Assembly: GCA_002269645.1 (NCBI GenBank)
Contig: NIVC01000867.1
Coordinates: 62,001-126,000 of the forward strand
Reading direction: 5' to 3'
Length of the DNA stretch: 64,000 bases
DNA from: Macrostomum lignano
Taxonomy: Eukaryota
The notes beneath the pieces are model-generated. The model worked only from the letters and a program-made list of their open reading frames with translations, did no database searches and had not been told where the DNA came from. Below are positions 59,711-64,000 of the stretch, one piece after another. Each line of letters starts with the position of its first letter. Within the stretch, counting starts at the first letter, position 1. The translations under genes were made by a program, and so were the position numbers.

Positions 59711-61389
59711 CACTCGCCTTAATTCAGTAAGGTACGTATCTTCTACAGATACATGTACGACATGATATGGTAAAGTGTGCCGTTAACACCAGAAACAGTG
59801 TCCTACAGTAAAACTAACTTGTGTTTGACTAGGATCTACTGCAGATCTTTATGCAAATCAGAAAATCATCTTTGGGAATGAAGTTCTTACAGCGCATGTT
59901 GAGATTATGTATGATTGCCTGCTTAATAAATGGAAATTACTAAATCCCAAAATGAACGAAAAAATATCATAAAGGGGTAGCTAAAGGCAGATTTTTACGA
60001 GCCGTATGCATTACTTACAGAGTTAGGGACTAACTTTGCCAAAATACATGTTTTTTTCATTTCATAATCCGCCTGAATCATGCTAGTTGTTCCAAAATCG
60101 ATTATTATAGCTAGCAATTCTAGATCGACGCCCATCTCTTTCATTTTGATCAATATCTTCTGGGGGGAAAGGAAAATCCTTTGGGAAATCAAAGTACACG
60201 TGCAGGCATTCGAATTTTTCGTTGAGTCGCCAGTAATAATGAACTCAGTGTGATTTCTGAATTTATGAATCTCTGAATCAGAGTTATAGCTAGTGTTCGT
60301 ACGTCAAACTCTGATCAAAATTTTAACAAAAAGACGCATTTATAAAATTGAGACCATTTATGCATGTTGCATTTTAAAATGTGAGTTAGGAAAATTAAAA
60401 ATAAAACTTCAATAATGGTTTCTCGTTTAAAACAGGTTCTATTTGGAGAGCTAAATGTTCATTTTAAGCTATTTCCTGGATTTATATATGAGCAGTACAT
60501 ACGTGTATATGGTTACTGGTTACTTACTGTGCTGTACTGAAAAGGCCAATATGGAATTAGTCTTATTAAATTTTCTTTATTTTTTAAAACAGCATAGCTG
60601 GTTAAAAATTGAATGAAAAAGCAAACATCTACACAATTTTTTACTGAATATGTAAGACACTGCAATCAAACGTAAGAAATCTAGCTACATTGCGTCGAAA
60701 GCGATCTAAATACTACTAGACCGAAATTGCAAGACAGACAGTAAAACAAATCATGCATAACGAAAATGTAACTACATGCAACTGTTGTATAATAAATAGT
60801 TTAATGAATTTACAACAAGGCACTGGGAGTTGAAGCATGCGAGCTCGTAGATGTTTTTCATTTATTCTCAAGTAATAAACACCTGATATTTATTTAATTC
60901 GTTTCTTTTCCTGGAATGAGCCGACGAAACGTGCGTCAACCCATTCATTTGTGAGTTATCTACAACTTTTTTTTGTTGATAAGAAACAACAATAAACAAC
61001 AATAAATTTAAATTTAGTCTTAACTTATTTTATGCTGTCAAAAATGCTTTTTCAAAATCCTAAGATTGTGAATTGGTAGCAATTCAAGGATGACATACAG
61101 TATATTGAATTTCGCTTACAATTGTTGAAAGCGGGAGGAGGCAAGAAATTGTCACAGAGAGTGGTTTGACGGAAGGGGCAAGCTAGAATAGAAATAGATG
61201 GAGCTCCCGGATACACCCACATTATTTAATACAAAACTATATAGAGTGCTCTCGCATTAAGTATGTTCTATTTCTTCAAAATAAATAACTTAAATCAGGA
61301 ACGTTGTGCTGAAAATTAAGGTAAAAGTCAGTGTAAGGCTTAATTTCATAGCCTAAATAGTAGATTTCGTAACACGTGCTGCATGAAAA

Positions 61390-63075
61390 CACCTGTTCAA
61401 CCCCTGGGCTCTGACGTTGAAAAGTACAGCCGCCAGGCCTCGTCTCCTAGGCTTTCAATTGCCGCGCCATCACACCGCTGGCTCTGCGGTCTGCGACCTT
61501 CGTCTTTGCGATCCGCTCTATCGTCTGCCGAAGCGGCAAGCGTGGAGGTGCCGAGTACGCGGAGGTGTGCGCTGCAGTTCAAGCCGCCGAGGAACAAGCA
61601 GTCCCGCTGATGCGACCGGCCCAGCGGGAGAAGCCGGTATGGCAAGACAATCGGGCCGCGATTCGGCAAGCGAGGGAAGAGCTGGAGAGACTCCGTTTCC
61701 GAGAGAGCGCCAGCAGGCTGCTGTTGATGACGCCACTGGGCCCGATGCCAGAGGCCGCGTTGGACTGGTCGGCTATCAATGCTCTGACGGGGCGAAAGTG
61801 GCGCACTCCACTAAACCTAGCAGGCTACTCTGCGGACGAGCGCAGTAACAAGCTGCGTGAGTTCTTCGCTGTCATTGTTAACGCGCCGCCACCCCTCTGC
61901 CAGACAGTCTGACACTGCCACCGGTGATGCAGTTGCTGGCAGAGGAGAGCTTCAGCCTAGCACCAGTCAGCACAGCCGACGTTGTGAGGCTCGCCCAACA
62001 GTCACCAGGCGGGAAAGCGCTGGGTCCGGACGAGCAGCCCCATCGAGACGCTGCACATTCACTGTGTGGCCGCTGAGGTCGCCAGAGTGATGAACTGCGT
62101 GCTTATCGGTGAGGAGGCACCCAACGAATGGACCAGGAGCACATTGTCACAATTCCTAAGAAGCCGAGCACCACGAGGCTTGAGGAGCATCGAGGCATCT
62201 GCCTTCAGTCCTGCGCTGCGAAGCTGTTGAACCGGATGCTGCTATCGCGGTTGCAGCCCGTGTTGGATCCGTACCTGCGTCCTGAGCAGAACGGCTTCCG
62301 GCCCCATCGTGACACAATGACGCAGATCCTGGCTCTTCGCCGAGTCGCCGAGTCATCGAGGACGCGCGGACACGCCAGTCGATCCTGATTGTTATCTTCA
62401 TAGATTTCAAGAAGGCATTCGACTCGGTCAGGTCTGTGCTCCCAAAGGTGCTCCGTGCGTACAACGTGCCAGAGCAGCTGATTTCCGCCATCATGGCGAT
62501 GTACCGTGATACAAAAGCTACTGTTTCAACACCGGACGGCCTATCGGACTTCTTTGAGACATCCTCCGGGGTGCTTCAAGGAGATACGCTTGCGCCGTTC
62601 CTGTTCGTTCTGGTGCTTAACTGGGTGCTGCGGACCGCTCTTCCTACCAAAGGACGACGGCTTTCTGTTGCGGCGACGCGTGAGTCCACGTCAACCGGAG
62701 ATCCAGAGACCTGGACGCTGACGGAATCGCTCGAGCAACAAGTTGACGCGGCGCACTCTGGCCTGCTGCGCAAAATCGGCTATGAGCGATTGACCAACGC
62801 AGCTTTGTTTCATCGCGCCGGCCGGGTCCGTGGCGACTCCAGCTGGCAGGCCACATCATCCGCACCGAGTCGTACTGCTCACAGCCGGTTCAGGAGGTGC
62901 TGCTGCTGACGCTGTAGGCACCCTACCGGCGGGGGCAGGCCCGCACTCGGCGTTTCGTCGACTGCCTGCTGGCTGACGCCGGCGCCCCGGATTCGGCTGG
63001 CGGCGTTGCGTTCATTCGCGACCTGACCCTGAGGCGCGCAATGTGACGCTGAAAGCGTATTCTGTTGTTGTTGCT
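61390..63075 (+). pseudogene. Decayed RTE-like non-LTR retrotransposon (reverse transcriptase remnant)
   Basis: VTIPKK...HRGICLQSCAAKLLNRMLLSRL...EQNGFRP, FIDFKKAFDSV, GVLQGDTLAPFLF; YADD region deleted; many frameshifts; (TGT)n tail near 63065. Confidence 0.88.
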
Positions 63076-63819
63076 AGACTTTGTCCACCTCTTGATGGTG
63101 CGGTAGCTGACCTTGCGGCCGAGATCCCATTATATAGACAGCGGGCCCGGGTTGTTTGAAAGTACACGCCAAAGGCATGGCCGCCACTAGTCACCTGTGC
63201 AGGAGTACAACCGGTAAAACTCCCACTAACGAGACGAATGTATACACCCGGTCTGTATAAAGACGAAGGTTCTTGACCCCAACTGTACTAGAAACTGCCG
63301 ATTAAGTCACTCTATGCGAGGCATAAAAAGGACAGTCAAGTCAGTGCTGCTATGATTGTTTGGTTGGATTCGTCTCATACTCGGTGATTTTGCACTCTCC
63401 ATCCTCAGCTTCTATTCCTTGCTCTGCGATAGGCACACTCTCTACTCACAACTCAAAAGGGCTCAAAACGGGCTCCTTATTTATAGCCCTGATGCATGTA
63501 TCGAAGGCCGTGACCTGTCTTTGGCCTCCGTTATAAAGCAGCCCTGATGATGTCACAAGTCAGCTGCGCTGTGATTGGACGAGAAATTGGGGTGGCGCGC
63601 AAAGGAGAAAATGATTTATGATGGAGGATTACGTAACAGGCGGTAAAAAGCTTGATAAGATAGGGGGTCATAAAACTGTCACACGCATTGATGATTTCGA
63701 ACAATAGAAGGGAGGTGAGGAGGTGGGGTTGGTGCGCGGGAGAGTGGGATGGGTAATAATCATGAGTCATCGTGATGAATAATCCCAATGCAGAGTCGTG
63801 ATGGGGGCGCACGGATCAC

Positions 63820-64000
63820 AAGAGAAGGGGAGAAGGGGAAGGTGTGCAAAAATTAGTGGAGAGGCCCAGGACGTGCCTACGGACGAAATCAAGCACTAAA
63901 ACTCCTCTATTAATAAGCAACGGAAGATGCACACTAATTGCAACGGTTAGGAAGCGACTAAAGTTCTAGCTAAGGTCTACTGGCCTCAAACACAAATTAC
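63820..64000 (+). mobile_element. Probable polypurine tract plus start of an LTR running off the window
   Basis: 23-nt pure-purine tract AAGAGAAGGGGAGAAGGGGAAGG (63820-63842) abutting TGTG at 63843. Confidence 0.45.

Overview
This is eukaryotic (animal) genomic DNA with GT-AG introns. Almost every intron is filled by its own minisatellite, a style that suggests a Macrostomum-like flatworm (inference only). 1-~8.1 kb is the 3' part of a Ty3/Gypsy LTR retrotransposon: gag, a -1 slippery site, PR-RT-RH-IN pol with one homopolymer frameshift, then an extra non-env 454-aa ORF3 with its own promoter/acceptor-like signals. It is followed by a decayed mariner (9.35-10.96 kb) and an inverted LTR-element fragment (11.16-13.3 kb). 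That fragment's only ORF aligns without gaps to the C-terminal domain of ORF3, which suggests an undescribed family of retrotransposon accessory proteins (best finding). Host genes reconstructed by hand with consistent splice phases: long-form tRNase Z/ELAC2 (+, 5' exons not found), peroxisomal 2,4-dienoyl-CoA reductase DECR2-like (-), an unknown 329-aa coiled-coil gene (-) possibly co-transcribed with DECR2, a complete Frizzled (+), and the last exon of a C1q-domain gene (-). Also present are hAT-type MITEs with 8-bp TSDs, a foldback mariner MITE, tRNA-derived SINEs, two LINE remnants, about 25 tandem arrays (several share a GTGTCAG-type core or resemble MITE ends), and a probable PPT+LTR start at the right edge.
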